Positions 27,666 through 38,156 of a stretch of 64,000 bases of DNA are shown here, in pieces. Location: assembly GCA_026003475.1 (NCBI GenBank), contig BPHJ01000001.1, positions 613,189-677,188 of the forward strand, written 5' to 3'. The first letter of the stretch is position 1. Every line of letters begins with the position of its first letter. A model generated the notes under the pieces. It was given only the letters and a program-made list of their open reading frames with translations, made no database searches and had not been told where the DNA came from. The position numbers and the translations under genes are program-made. The stretch comes from Candidatus Kapaibacterium sp. (GTDB lineage Bacteria; Bacteroidota; Ignavibacteria; Kapaibacteriales; NICIL-2).

Positions 27666-28955
27666 ATGGCGATGGACCTTCTCTTCGAACGCATTCGCAT
27701 TGTAAGTCCGCTCGACAAACTCGACAGCGTAGGTTACCTCTGGGTTCAACACGGCAGCATTGTTCACTGTAGCACCGAGCCACCAGCGAACATCCCTCCA
27801 ACGACCTGCCGCATTGCCGCTGATGACTGGATGGCTGCGCCCGGATTTGTGGATATGCACGTACACTTACGCGAACCAGGACAGACACACAAAGAGACCA
27901 TTGCAACGGGCTCTGCAGCCGCAGCGAACGGCGGATTCACCGACATTGTCTGCATGCCCAACACCGAGCCACCGATTGACACACCAACAGTCATCGAATA
28001 CATCCAACGCCGAGCGACGGGGTTGGTGGCCGTGCACGTCTGCGCTGCGATTTCGGTGGGACGTCATGGAGAAGTGCTAACCCCGATGGAGCACCTGCAC
28101 GAAGCGGGGGCGGTTATGTTCTCTGACGATGGATCCTGTGTGCGAAGTGCGGAGTTGATGCGGCGAGCATTCGAGTATGCTGCGCCCTTCGACGCATTGC
28201 TGAGCCAGCATTGCGAGGAACATTCTATGACCGACCGGTTCGACATCAACGAGGGGGCTATTGCAATGCGGCTCGGTCTTCGCGGATATCCAAGTGTTGC
28301 CGAGGACATCATCATCGCCCGCGACATCTTGCTGGCCGAATACTGCGGCAACCGACGCTACCACGTTTCGCACATGAGCACGCGGGGAGCAGTTCGTTTG
28401 GTGCGGTTGGCAAAGTCGTGGGGCTTGCGTGTGAGCGCAGAAGTGACGCCACACCATTTTACCTTGACCGAAGATGCTGCCGATGGCTTCAATACGAACG
28501 CTAAGATGAATCCACCCCTGCGCTGCCGTCACGATGTGGAAGCAATCCTCGAGGGACTTGCCGATGGCACCATCGATGCTATCGCCACCGATCATGCTCC
28601 CCACGCACCAAGCGAGAAAGCACAGCTCTTTGCCCAGGCTCCCAATGGGATTATCGGATTGGAAACAGCGGTGGGGTTGGCCTTGACGGAGCTCTACCAC
28701 AAGCGGAAGTTTCCCCTGACGCGGATTGTTGAATTGATGAGCGTTGCACCACGCCGTATTCTGCAACTACCGCAGCCACGGATTGCCGTTGGAGAACCAG
28801 CAGTGCTGACCATCGTTGCCTTGGAGCAGGAATGGACCGTCGAGCCAGAACGCTTTCGCTCCAAATCTCGCAATACGCCATTTGGTGGGTGGCTCCTTCA
28901 GGGAAAACCACGGTTTGCCATCAACCGAGGGCAGGTGTGGGAATGCGAGCTTTAG
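27666..28955 (+). CDS. pyrC: dihydroorotase (cyclic amidohydrolase superfamily)
   Basis: ATG at 27666. Metal-binding DMHVHLREPG, ...HVSHMST..., DHAPH motifs of class-I DHOase. No pyrB adjacent. Confidence 0.75.
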   Translation: MAMDLLFERIRIVSPLDKLDSVGYLWVQHGSIVHCSTEPPANIPPTTCRIAADDWMAAPGFVDMHVHLREPGQTHKETIATGSAAAANGGFTDIVCMPNTEPPIDTPTVIEYIQRRATGLVAVHVCAAISVGRHGEVLTPMEHLHEAGAVMFSDDGSCVRSAELMRRAFEYAAPFDALLSQHCEEHSMTDRFDINEGAIAMRLGLRGYPSVAEDIIIARDILLAEYCGNRRYHVSHMSTRGAVRLVRLAKSWGLRVSAEVTPHHFTLTEDAADGFNTNAKMNPPLRCRHDVEAILEGLADGTIDAIATDHAPHAPSEKAQLFAQAPNGIIGLETAVGLALTELYHKRKFPLTRIVELMSVAPRRILQLPQPRIAVGEPAVLTIVALEQEWTVEPERFRSKSRNTPFGGWLLQGKPRFAINRGQVWECEL

Positions 28956-29039
28956 CGACGACCGATACATTATCGGGCAAGCATGTATTTTTGCGCACCG
29001 CTACGATCGCTCATCACACACTACCGCCAAACGAACGTT

Positions 29040-29561
29040 ATGCGATGGCTTTCGAGGATCTCCGCCGCTGTGATTGTTGCCACGATGTTTGCCGCTTGTA
29101 ACATTCGCGGCTTTTTTATTTCGCAAACCGACGATCCCGTCTGGCATGGTCCCTCCGAGGAGCAAGCAGCCGGTGACCAAAATCAGTCGCTTGGAGCAAA
29201 GCTATACAATAAAAACTGTGCATCTTGCCACCAGACGACAGGCAAAGGAATTGCTGGCAGTATTCCGCCACTTGCTGGGTCAGCGCTGGCAAATAGCGAG
29301 GATGTTACTAAGCCGATTCGAATTGTCCTGCATGGCTTCCGTGGTGCAATCATTCGAAACGGTGTCAAGTACAACGGCGTGATGCAGCCCTGGCATTCGG
29401 TTTTCAGCGACGAAGAAATCGCAGCAATTTTGACGCATGTGCGGACAAGCTGGGGAAACACTGGTGGCGAGGTCAAACCCGAAGATGTTGCACGCGTGCG
29501 CGAAGCTACCCAGAAGCGCACCACGCAATACACCGAAGCTGAACTTGAACAGCCGCTCTGA
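29040..29561 (+). CDS. class-I monohaem cytochrome c lipoprotein
   Basis: MRWLSRISAAVIVATMFAAC lipoprotein signal, CASCH haem motif, distal Met region GVMQPW. Heads the ctaB-sco-DUF420-act gene string. Confidence 0.75.
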   Translation: MRWLSRISAAVIVATMFAACNIRGFFISQTDDPVWHGPSEEQAAGDQNQSLGAKLYNKNCASCHQTTGKGIAGSIPPLAGSALANSEDVTKPIRIVLHGFRGAIIRNGVKYNGVMQPWHSVFSDEEIAAILTHVRTSWGNTGGEVKPEDVARVREATQKRTTQYTEAELEQPL

Positions 29562-30481
29562 TGGTAACCAGCGCTGTTCCTGTCCCGGCCAGTCAAGCTG
29601 AGATTCCTACCACAGCATCCCAACGGCTGCGGGCGATCCTCGAACTGAGCAAACCCGGCATTACGTTGATGGAGATCGTCACCGCTGCTGTGGGATTCGT
29701 TGTTGCTGAACCTTGGCAACACACAGGAGTGGGGATGGTGTTGATTCGGTTTGCTGCACTTTCGGCAGGTGTGCTTTTTCTTGGTGCCAGTGCTGGTGCG
29801 TTCAACCATTTGCTCGAGCGATCAACCGATGCACGCATGCAGCGAACATCGCTGAGGCCGTTACCTGCAGGGAAACTTGGCGCTGGAACAGCATTGCTGT
29901 ATGCAGTTGGGATGTTAGTCGCTGGTACGGCTATACTGTGGATGGTTGGATGGAGGGTAGCGCTGCTTGGCGTTGCGACGGTAGCGCTATATGCACTTGC
30001 CTACACGCCGCTCAAGACAAGGACTGTTGCTGCACTTTTCATCGGCGGAATACCTGGGGCACTACCTGTTGTCGGTGGGTGGGTCGCCGGTGGTGGCTCG
30101 ATCGCATCGGCGGAAGCAGTCATTCTCGGCGGCATCATGTTCTGGTGGCAATTGCCGCATTTTTTGGCACTGGCAGTCATGTACGCGGAGGATTACCAGC
30201 GTGGCAAGATCGCACTCATCGGCGGAGGTAACCGGTCAGTCCTTTCATGGCACACACTCGTGTATTCAGTGTTCCTGGTTGCGACCAGTCTGGCATGGGT
30301 CGTCTGGGGGAAAGGTGGTTACCTCTACGCAGTCGGCTGTGGAACGCTGAGCGTCTGGCTTCTTGTTCAATGTGTGCGGCTTGTCCGCCAGCCATCGGTT
30401 GCCCAGGGGCGCCGTGTCCTACTGGCAACCTACATGTTCTTGATGGGTCTGTTTCTCCTTGCAGCGGTGGATATCCGATGA
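29561..30481 (+). CDS. ctaB: protohaem IX farnesyltransferase (haem O synthase) CtaB/CyoE
   Basis: UbiA-family polytopic protein (LSKPGITLMEIVTAAVGF...YTPLKTRT...) of typical CtaB length (306 aa). Confidence 0.85.
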   Translation: MVTSAVPVPASQAEIPTTASQRLRAILELSKPGITLMEIVTAAVGFVVAEPWQHTGVGMVLIRFAALSAGVLFLGASAGAFNHLLERSTDARMQRTSLRPLPAGKLGAGTALLYAVGMLVAGTAILWMVGWRVALLGVATVALYALAYTPLKTRTVAALFIGGIPGALPVVGGWVAGGGSIASAEAVILGGIMFWWQLPHFLALAVMYAEDYQRGKIALIGGGNRSVLSWHTLVYSVFLVATSLAWVVWGKGGYLYAVGCGTLSVWLLVQCVRLVRQPSVAQGRRVLLATYMFLMGLFLLAAVDIR

Positions 30482-31068
30482 CGCCGATCGCTCGGAATTT
30501 GGTAGCGTTGGGTTTGGCAGCTACTGTGATCACCGGCTGCAGCAGCAATGAACAGCAGCCGTGGGCAGAACTTCCAACCATCAAGAAAGCGCCCCAATTC
30601 AGCGTTGTCAACTACGATGGTACGGTGCTTACCAGCGCTCGGCTTCAAGGGACACCCTGGGTTGCATCCTTCATGTTTGCTACCTGTGAAGGTGTCTGCC
30701 CGATCATGAATCACCATCTGGCTCAGATGCAGCGCGACTATGGTGATGCTGTTCGATTCGTTTCGTTTAGCGTGGATCCGGAAACCGACAGCTTGCCAGT
30801 CCTTGCTGCATATGCACGGCAATACGGTGCTCGTCCTGGGGTGTGGTTCATCACGCGGACACAGCTTGATTCTGTTCGTGCGTTGTCGCGGGATGGTTTC
30901 CTCCTTTCCGACCCCATTACACCGGACCTCCACAGTTCGCGTTTTGTGCTCGTTGATGAGCAGGGCATGATCCGGGGTTACTTCAACAGCCTGGATTCCT
31001 CCGACGTTGCCCTGCTACGGTCGCTGTTGGTGGCTTACGTTCGCAATCACTCGGGGAAAGAGCGATGA
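30478..31068 (+). CDS. SCO1/SenC family copper chaperone (thioredoxin-like)
   Basis: ATG overlaps the ctaB stop. Lipoprotein signal (ATVITGCSS), CxxxC copper motif (FATCEGVCP) and downstream conserved His region (SRFVLVDEQGMIRGYF). Confidence 0.75.
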   Translation: MTPIARNLVALGLAATVITGCSSNEQQPWAELPTIKKAPQFSVVNYDGTVLTSARLQGTPWVASFMFATCEGVCPIMNHHLAQMQRDYGDAVRFVSFSVDPETDSLPVLAAYARQYGARPGVWFITRTQLDSVRALSRDGFLLSDPITPDLHSSRFVLVDEQGMIRGYFNSLDSSDVALLRSLLVAYVRNHSGKER

Positions 31069-31613
31069 ATAAGGTACTGCGATCGCTCTCCGAAGAAACG
31101 CTCCGGACCGTGATTTATGCAATTGCGGTGGTGGTAAGTGCGCTGGTTGCGTTTCTGATTGCTAATCCTGGCTTGCTGCGCGTTGGCACGCTGGACGTCT
31201 CGTATGCACCGCCGTTCCATGCGTTCTTGAACGGTACGGTTGCCGTGCTCTTGATTGCTGGCTACGCAGCGATCCGACAGCGCAAGATTACGCTCCACCG
31301 CACACTCATGTTGAGCGCATTTGCACTTTCGACCCTATTTTTGATTTCGTACGTGATTTATCACTCGCAAAAAGCTGAGCCAACGTATTTCCATGGCACG
31401 GGACTTGTGCGGGTGGTGTATCTGGTTATCCTTGTCACACACATCGTCCTGGCAGCGATCATTGTCCCGCTTGCACTCTTTACGATCGTGCGGGCCTGGC
31501 GTGGTGAAGTTACCCGACATCGCCGCATTGCCCGATGGACGCTGCCGTTGTGGTTGTATGTTGCAGTCACGGGTGTTGCCGTGTACGTCATGCTGTATGC
31601 ATGGCGCTGGTAG
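31065..31613 (+). CDS. DUF420 (YozB-like) membrane protein, commonly found in haem-copper oxidase / ACIII loci
   Basis: 182 aa with four predicted TM helices. Start overlaps the sco stop. Lies between sco and actA. Confidence 0.45.
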   Translation: MNKVLRSLSEETLRTVIYAIAVVVSALVAFLIANPGLLRVGTLDVSYAPPFHAFLNGTVAVLLIAGYAAIRQRKITLHRTLMLSAFALSTLFLISYVIYHSQKAEPTYFHGTGLVRVVYLVILVTHIVLAAIIVPLALFTIVRAWRGEVTRHRRIARWTLPLWLYVAVTGVAVYVMLYAWRW

Positions 31614-31637
31614 TCGAACTAATCGGTAACAGAGAGC

Positions 31638-32393
31638 ATGTTCTCGCAACGCATAGATCGCATTCTCAAGTTCAGCATCCTCGGTGGTGGTGCCGTTCTT
31701 GGCATTGGTGCGCTGGTGCTCTACTTTGGCATGCGGAACGACGTCAGCGATGTTGGGTACCGGCCACAACAACCGGTGCCATTTTCGCACAAGCTCCACG
31801 TGGGTGAGTTGCACATTCACTGTCAGTACTGCCATGCGGGAGTGGAGCAATCGGAACATTCGCCAATCCCCACAACGAGCACCTGTATGGGGTGTCACAT
31901 CGTGATCAAGGCCGAAAGCCCTAAGCTGCAGCTTGTGCGGGATAGTTGGGAGAAAGGCATTCCCATTCAATGGCGGCGCGTCCACAAACTTCCGGACTAC
32001 GTCCACTTCAATCACTCGCGGCACATCCGCGCCCAAATTGATTGTCAATCCTGCCACGGCAACGTCGAACTCCAAGGTGTGATTGCGCAGAACAAACCGC
32101 TTTCGATGGGCTGGTGCTTGGACTGCCATCGCCATCCCGAACAGCGGATAGTTCCAGCGCGTCCGATTTCTGGGATTTTTACCGGTGAGCCATTGCCGAC
32201 GACGTTCCGTGACCATTTGTTTGAACCGATCAAATCGGACCTTGTGCAGGGTGTGGCTGCGCGCGTCCACCCGATCACCGTTCCGCAGTTCGGTGCATGG
32301 GAGACGGCCGTACCCACACCGAACATTGCCGGAATACCGCATCCCAAACTGCCGGGCTTTGGTCCGGAAAACTGTTCCGCATGTCACTACTAA
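31638..32393 (+). CDS. actA: alternative complex III pentahaem cytochrome c subunit ActA
   Basis: N-terminal TM anchor and five CxxCH motifs (CQYCH, CMGCH, CQSCH, CLDCH, CSACH). First gene of the actABCDEF string. Confidence 0.85.
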   Translation: MFSQRIDRILKFSILGGGAVLGIGALVLYFGMRNDVSDVGYRPQQPVPFSHKLHVGELHIHCQYCHAGVEQSEHSPIPTTSTCMGCHIVIKAESPKLQLVRDSWEKGIPIQWRRVHKLPDYVHFNHSRHIRAQIDCQSCHGNVELQGVIAQNKPLSMGWCLDCHRHPEQRIVPARPISGIFTGEPLPTTFRDHLFEPIKSDLVQGVAARVHPITVPQFGAWETAVPTPNIAGIPHPKLPGFGPENCSACHY

Positions 32394-32408
32394 TGGCAGA
32401 AGCATCCT

Positions 32409-35400
32409 ATGGCAGAACCGATTCAGCATGAGTTGATGCAGCAGGCATTGGAGCATTTTTCGTCCGTTGTCGGCGAAGAATCCTCCGAGCATGAGTACGT
32501 TCCACCGATGTTGGAATCACCCCTGTCGCGCCGATCGTTTATGGCGATGCTCTCGGCAGCGATGGCGGTGACTGCTGCGGCATGCCGCAGACCAGATTAC
32601 AAGCTCGTACCGGCGGTCAAAAATCCCGAGTATGCCATTCCCGGTGTGCCGCTCTACTACAGCACGTGCTACATGCACAAGAACGTTGTCCATCCGTTGC
32701 TGGTCCGTGTACGGGAAGGGCGCCCGGTCAAGGTCGAGGGCAACGATTTGCATCCCATCGTTGGCGGCAAGTCCAGTGCTCTCATCCAAGCAACGCTGTT
32801 CGAGCTTTACGACCCCGAACGCATTCGCCCCATATTGGTGGGACGCCGCCCGGGTGTGATCCCGAGCGGGAATTACTCGACTCCACAGAATGCGCTGGCG
32901 AAAATTGCCGAGTCCATTCGCCAATCCGCTGCCGAAGGGAAACTCACGCGCATTCTGATCGCAGAGCATTGTTCACCGATGATTGAGAAATTAGCCGCGT
33001 TGGTTGCCCAACACGTGCCGAATACTGCGGTAACGGTGCTCCCGTGGGCAATCGCCGATGGTGCTGCCGAAGCGACTGCGGCACTCTTCGGACTGGATGC
33101 GACACTCGTCCCCAATCTCGAACGGGCCGACGTAGTGGTCAGCATCGATGCGGATTTCCTCGGTACCGAGCGCAATTCGCTGTTCATGACGCGTGGCTTT
33201 GCAGCACGACGGCGGCCAACCAAACAGCAACCAACCATGAATCGCTTTATTGCTGTCGAGGGTCGCTACTCACAAACTGGTGCAGCAGCCGACGAACGCA
33301 TTATCATTCATCCCAGTCAGTACGAAGGCTTCCTGACGGCACTCTACAACGCCATTGCACGAGCGAAAGGCGCCAGGGCACTTGCTCATCCAACGTCCAA
33401 CGTCCAGCGGGCAGAAGCAGTCGCACGGGAACTGCTCGCTGCTGGCGAACGCGGTTGTGTCCTCGTTGGGGAGCATCTGACGGCCTATGCGCATGCTGTC
33501 GGACTGGCAATCAACTGGCTGCTTGGGAGCATCGGCACTGGTAAAGTTTTCGAACACGTTCTTCCGATGAGCGGTGCGAAGCGCGCTGCGCTTGCTACTC
33601 TTCGCGACGACCTCCGTAATGACCGCGTCGGCGTTGTGCTGATGAGTAACGTCAACCCGATGTACACCGGCGACGAGGAGCTTCGCACCCTGCTCCAACG
33701 TGTACCGCATCGCATCGCGCACAGTTTGATTGACGACGAAACGGCGCTCATCTGCTCGATCACGATACCCGCAGCGCACCAATACGAAAGCTGGGGAGAT
33801 GCTGTGGCATTCGACGGGTCGTACTGCATTCAGCAACCGCTCATCGCGCCACTACCGCTAACAGCGCTTTCGCTGGGAGAGCTTTTGTTCGGGTTGGTCA
33901 AGGAATTCAATCCTGATGCAGTTGGTGGTGCTGAAAAGTATTTCGACTTTTTCAAGCAGACCGTCCTTGCGCGCATCGGTTCTGAATCGGCATGGGAAGA
34001 ACTGTTGCGCAAAGGATTTCTGCCTGGCCAACCGACACCGATTCCATCGGCAAACCTTGCTGGGCTCGATCGCTTTACGCCAACACTTGCGGTAAGTGAT
34101 CTTGCACTCCTTGTGGTTCCCAGTAGCTCGGTTGATGATGGCTCCCACGCAAATAATCCGTGGCTGCTCGAATGTCCTGATCCGGTGACCAAGCACACGT
34201 GGGAAAATGTCGCCGTGATGTCGAAGCGCACGGCAGAAAAGCTTGGCGTTCATGATGAAGACATCGTTCGGATAACTATTGGCAACGCGGCGGTGGAATT
34301 GCCGGTGCTCACCCAGTATGGCATGCACGATGGTGTTGTGGTTACAACGCTCGGCTATGGGCGCCAGGCAGGAAAAGTTGGCGCTGGTTTCGGGCAGAAC
34401 GTGTACCCACTAACAGCATCGGGTGCGCTCGGATACTATGCTGCTGCCGTCACAAAGACCGATACGCGTTCACCTATTGCGCGGACACAGAAATATTTCC
34501 ACTCTCAATTCACCAAACAGTGGGAGCCTGATGCACCGGCAGATGCATTCCGCCCGATAGTGCACGAACTGACGCTCGATGAGTTCAAGGCAGGTAAGGA
34601 GATCAAAGGAATCGAGTTCCCCAGTGCAGGCAGGGATGGGCGCTTCGAAATTCCCCTCAACATCGTCGAAGGTTATCAGTATAAGGGGCATCGGTGGGGG
34701 ATGGTCATTGACCTTTCGGCGTGTACCGGCTGCAATGCGTGCGTGGTTGCCTGCGAGAGCGAGAACAATATCCCACCGGTTGGGAAGGACCAAGTCATGC
34801 GCGGGCGCGTGATGCATTGGATCCGACTCGACCGATACTACCTCGGCACGCCCGAGGATCCGCGCAGCGTTGTCGAACCGATGCTCTGCCAGCATTGCGA
34901 GAATGCACCATGCGAGAATGTCTGTCCCGTCGCGGCAACGGTGCATTCGCCGGAAGGGCTCAACGAAATGGTGTATAACCGTTGTGTGGGAACGCGCTAC
35001 TGCTTGAATAACTGTCCCTATAAGGTGCGGCGGTTCAACTTCTTGGCGTACTTCCAGCGGTTCTACAAGGAACGGCTCGGGACGGAGCAACCGCACCCGC
35101 TTGATTTGGCGATGAATCCCGACGTGACGGTGCGCATGCGTGGGGTGATGGAAAAATGCACCTTCTGCGTTCAGCGCATCAATGAAGCCAAGTATCATGC
35201 CAAGGACAATGGCCACGCCCGCGTTCCCGATGGTGCTGTGCAGACCGCCTGCGAGCAGGCATGCCCTGCCTCGGCGATCACCTTCGGCAACCTCAACGAC
35301 TCGGGTAGCCGTGTGGCACAACTACGACAGAGCGAGCGATCGTTCCTGGTGCTCGAAGAGCTCAACGTTCGTCCCTCGGTGACCTACCTTGCGAAAGTTC

Positions 35401-35426
35401 GTAACACTACTCCTGCTGCGGTATAG
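32409..35426 (+). CDS. actB: alternative complex III molybdopterin-like/FeS subunit ActB (fused B1-B2)
   Basis: Tat-like [20 protein letters not shown], large MopB-like domain, then a 4x[Fe-S] ferredoxin-like domain with multiple CxxCxxCxxxCP motifs. 1005 aa. Confidence 0.9.
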   Translation: MAEPIQHELMQQALEHFSSVVGEESSEHEYVPPMLESPLSRRSFMAMLSAAMAVTAAACRRPDYKLVPAVKNPEYAIPGVPLYYSTCYMHKNVVHPLLVRVREGRPVKVEGNDLHPIVGGKSSALIQATLFELYDPERIRPILVGRRPGVIPSGNYSTPQNALAKIAESIRQSAAEGKLTRILIAEHCSPMIEKLAALVAQHVPNTAVTVLPWAIADGAAEATAALFGLDATLVPNLERADVVVSIDADFLGTERNSLFMTRGFAARRRPTKQQPTMNRFIAVEGRYSQTGAAADERIIIHPSQYEGFLTALYNAIARAKGARALAHPTSNVQRAEAVARELLAAGERGCVLVGEHLTAYAHAVGLAINWLLGSIGTGKVFEHVLPMSGAKRAALATLRDDLRNDRVGVVLMSNVNPMYTGDEELRTLLQRVPHRIAHSLIDDETALICSITIPAAHQYESWGDAVAFDGSYCIQQPLIAPLPLTALSLGELLFGLVKEFNPDAVGGAEKYFDFFKQTVLARIGSESAWEELLRKGFLPGQPTPIPSANLAGLDRFTPTLAVSDLALLVVPSSSVDDGSHANNPWLLECPDPVTKHTWENVAVMSKRTAEKLGVHDEDIVRITIGNAAVELPVLTQYGMHDGVVVTTLGYGRQAGKVGAGFGQNVYPLTASGALGYYAAAVTKTDTRSPIARTQKYFHSQFTKQWEPDAPADAFRPIVHELTLDEFKAGKEIKGIEFPSAGRDGRFEIPLNIVEGYQYKGHRWGMVIDLSACTGCNACVVACESENNIPPVGKDQVMRGRVMHWIRLDRYYLGTPEDPRSVVEPMLCQHCENAPCENVCPVAATVHSPEGLNEMVYNRCVGTRYCLNNCPYKVRRFNFLAYFQRFYKERLGTEQPHPLDLAMNPDVTVRMRGVMEKCTFCVQRINEAKYHAKDNGHARVPDGAVQTACEQACPASAITFGNLNDSGSRVAQLRQSERSFLVLEELNVRPSVTYLAKVRNTTPAAV

Positions 35427-35428
35427 CT

Positions 35429-36883
35429 ATGGCAACTGTGACAACAGCACATCATCCGACTATGCATGTGGATGGTCTCCGCCATGAGCGCGAACCGCTC
35501 GTGCTTGGCGAACCTACGTTGCATGACATTACCGCCAAGATTGCTCACATTGCAGAAGACAAGCCAACGCCGAAATATCTGCTTGCGTTGAGTTTTACTG
35601 CTGCAATCGCTGCGTGGGGTGTTGGGTGCATTCTGTACACGATCCTGACGGGCATTGGTGTCTGGGGGCTCAACAATCCCATCGGCTGGGGTTGGGACAT
35701 CACCAACTTTGTTTTTTGGATCGGGATCGGACACGCTGGCACGCTGATCTCTGCAATCTTGTTTCTCTTCCGCCAGAAGTGGCGCACCGCAATCAATCGT
35801 TCTGCCGAAGCAATGACCATCTTTGCGGTGATTTGTGCTGGGCTGTTTCCGCTCATCCACGTAGGACGGATTTGGTTCGCATACTGGCTGATTCCATATC
35901 CGAACCAAATGCAGATGTGGACAAATTTCCGCTCTCCGCTTGAGTGGGATGTCTTTGCTGTTTCGACGTACTTGACCGTCTCGCTCATTTTCTGGTTCTT
36001 GGGAATGGTGCCAGACTTAGCATCACTCCGTGACTTTGTCAAGAACAAAGTTGCCAAGCGGATCTACAGCTTGTTCTCGCTGGGGTGGAGTGGATCAATG
36101 CGACACTGGCACCACTACGAGATGGCATACCTGATCCTTGCTGGTCTTTCGACACCACTTGTGCTTTCGGTGCACTCGGTCGTGTCGCTGGACTTCACCG
36201 CAGGGATTCTACCGGGGTGGCATACGACTATTTTCCCGCCCTACTTTGTTGCAGGCGCGATCTTCTCGGGCTTTGCAATGGTGATGACGCTCCTTGTGAT
36301 CGCTCGTGAGGTTCTGGACCTGAAGGAGTACGTCACACTCAAGCATTTGGAAAACATGAACAAGATCATCCTGGCCACAGGGATGATGGTAGGGTATGCT
36401 TATGCGATGGAGTTTTTCATTGCCCAGTATTCGGGCAACCCCTACGAAGCCTTTGTGTTCATCAATCGCGCCACCGGTGACTATGCCTGGGCATATTGGA
36501 CAATGGTGCTGTGTAATGTTGTCTCTCCCCAGGTATTCTGGTCACGCCGTTTGCGACGAAACGTCCCGCTGATGTTCATCATCTCGATTTTGGTCAACAT
36601 TGGCATGTGGTTCGAGCGCTTTACCATCATCGCGACGAGTCTGCACCACGACTTTCTACCAGCAAGCTGGGGATACTATACGCCAACTTGGGTTGAAGTA
36701 TCCATCTTTGCTGGGACGTTTGGCATTTTCCTGACGCTGTTTTTGTTGTTTGCCAAATACATTCCCGTGATTGCGATTGCGGAGGTGAAGGCAATATTGC
36801 CGACTGCGCAACCGCACCATCACGCCCATGCTGCTGCCCACGCACCAGAGCATCCGCAGGTTCAACCAACCCAGACTGCCTAA
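35429..36883 (+). CDS. actC: alternative complex III NrfD/PsrC-like membrane subunit ActC
   Basis: 484-aa polytopic NrfD-family protein directly after actB. Confidence 0.85.
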   Translation: MATVTTAHHPTMHVDGLRHEREPLVLGEPTLHDITAKIAHIAEDKPTPKYLLALSFTAAIAAWGVGCILYTILTGIGVWGLNNPIGWGWDITNFVFWIGIGHAGTLISAILFLFRQKWRTAINRSAEAMTIFAVICAGLFPLIHVGRIWFAYWLIPYPNQMQMWTNFRSPLEWDVFAVSTYLTVSLIFWFLGMVPDLASLRDFVKNKVAKRIYSLFSLGWSGSMRHWHHYEMAYLILAGLSTPLVLSVHSVVSLDFTAGILPGWHTTIFPPYFVAGAIFSGFAMVMTLLVIAREVLDLKEYVTLKHLENMNKIILATGMMVGYAYAMEFFIAQYSGNPYEAFVFINRATGDYAWAYWTMVLCNVVSPQVFWSRRLRRNVPLMFIISILVNIGMWFERFTIIATSLHHDFLPASWGYYTPTWVEVSIFAGTFGIFLTLFLLFAKYIPVIAIAEVKAILPTAQPHHHAHAAAHAPEHPQVQPTQTA

Positions 36884-36885
36884 CG

Positions 36886-37455
36886 ATGGACCGCAAACCA
36901 ATTGCCACCGTTGCAGAATTTCACGATCCGAACACACTTGTTGCAGCCGCCAGCACAATCCACCAGCGCGGCTACACCAAATTCGATTGTTACACGCCGT
37001 ATCCTGTTCACGGACTCGACCGCGCGATGGGAGTGCGGCGTACGATCTTGCCGTACATTTCGTTCATTGGCGGCTTGAGTGGGCTTGCATCTGCCTTGCT
37101 TCTGCAGTGGTGGACCGGTGGATATGACTATCGCCTCAATATTGGCGGCAAGCCATTTTTTGCTATTCAGTTTTCCGTTCCCGTTGACTTCGAACTGACC
37201 GTGCTCATCTGTGCATTCTTCACGCTCTTCGGGTTGTTGCATTTGTGTCGGCTGCCAACTTGGTGGCACCCACTGCAGGATGATCCATCCTTCCGCCGAG
37301 CGACAGATGATACCTTCGTTGTTGCAATCTTTAGCGATGACCCGCGCTACACGAGCGCTGACACGCAAGAGTTGCTCCGGTCGGTCGGAGGGGCGAACGT
37401 GCACGTCCACTATGCCCGGCAGAACCCAGTCGAGGATGTTGCACCTATTGGCTGA
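36886..37455 (+). CDS. actD: alternative complex III subunit ActD (DUF3341)
   Basis: 189 aa with a central TM hairpin. Conserved position between actC and actE. Confidence 0.75.
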   Translation: MDRKPIATVAEFHDPNTLVAAASTIHQRGYTKFDCYTPYPVHGLDRAMGVRRTILPYISFIGGLSGLASALLLQWWTGGYDYRLNIGGKPFFAIQFSVPVDFELTVLICAFFTLFGLLHLCRLPTWWHPLQDDPSFRRATDDTFVVAIFSDDPRYTSADTQELLRSVGGANVHVHYARQNPVEDVAPIG

Positions 37456-37499
37456 AACAACGCTTGCATTTCATGATGAACCAACCGCACTGAGCATCA

Positions 37500-38156
37500 A
37501 TGAGCACACCCTTGAAAATCACGCTTGCAATTGTCGCGGTCTTATTGGCAACGTTTACCATCGGCGTGCTGTCGGGAAAAATCTGGTGGTTTAGCGAAGA
37601 GCCACCGCTGATGGTTATTCCTGACATGGACGACCAGTTTCACCTCAAGCCGCAAGGTGAAGCGCATTTTTTCGCCGATAATCGTGCGCAGCGGGATCCG
37701 GTCGAAGGTACGCTCCCACGCGTAGGGCGAACATATCCATTCGCAATGGGGGATGTTGATTCCGCCGAAAAGTATTTCGCTGCTGGAAATCCGCTGCCTA
37801 AAACGGAGTATGTCCTTGCACGGGGACAGAATCGGTTCAACACGTTCTGTTCGCCATGCCACAACTACACGGGCACGGGCGATGGTCTTATCCAAAAGCG
37901 CGGGTTCGGTAATCAAGAGACGATGAACCTTACTCGGCAGCAAGCGCGAGAATACAGCGATGCGAAAATTTTCCACGTCATCAGTGCCGGGCAGAATATC
38001 ATGCCAGCGTATGCAGATCGTATCGCGGAAGTTGATCGCTGGGCGATTGTGCACTACGTCCGGCTGCTTCAGGAAACCCCCGGCACATTGCCGACCCTTG
38101 GCGGACACGCAGCCAGTGCAGCAGCAGGTTCCACTAACTCCAAACGCATGCAATGA
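37500..38156 (+). CDS. actE: alternative complex III monohaem cytochrome c subunit ActE
   Basis: N-terminal TM anchor and a single CSPCH motif. Position between actD and actF. Confidence 0.8.
   Translation: MSTPLKITLAIVAVLLATFTIGVLSGKIWWFSEEPPLMVIPDMDDQFHLKPQGEAHFFADNRAQRDPVEGTLPRVGRTYPFAMGDVDSAEKYFAAGNPLPKTEYVLARGQNRFNTFCSPCHNYTGTGDGLIQKRGFGNQETMNLTRQQAREYSDAKIFHVISAGQNIMPAYADRIAEVDRWAIVHYVRLLQETPGTLPTLGGHAASAAAGSTNSKRMQ

Noticed and set aside
27022-27906. 294-aa minus-strand ORF antisense to rnhB/pyrC
   Set aside because: It overlaps two strongly supported genes on the other strand. The translation is Cys/Arg-rich junk.
31335-32492. 385-aa minus-strand ORF antisense to DUF420/actA
   Set aside because: It is antisense to a pentahaem cytochrome with five intact CxxCH motifs. 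Its translation is Arg/His-rich with no motifs, so it is a GC-driven artefact.
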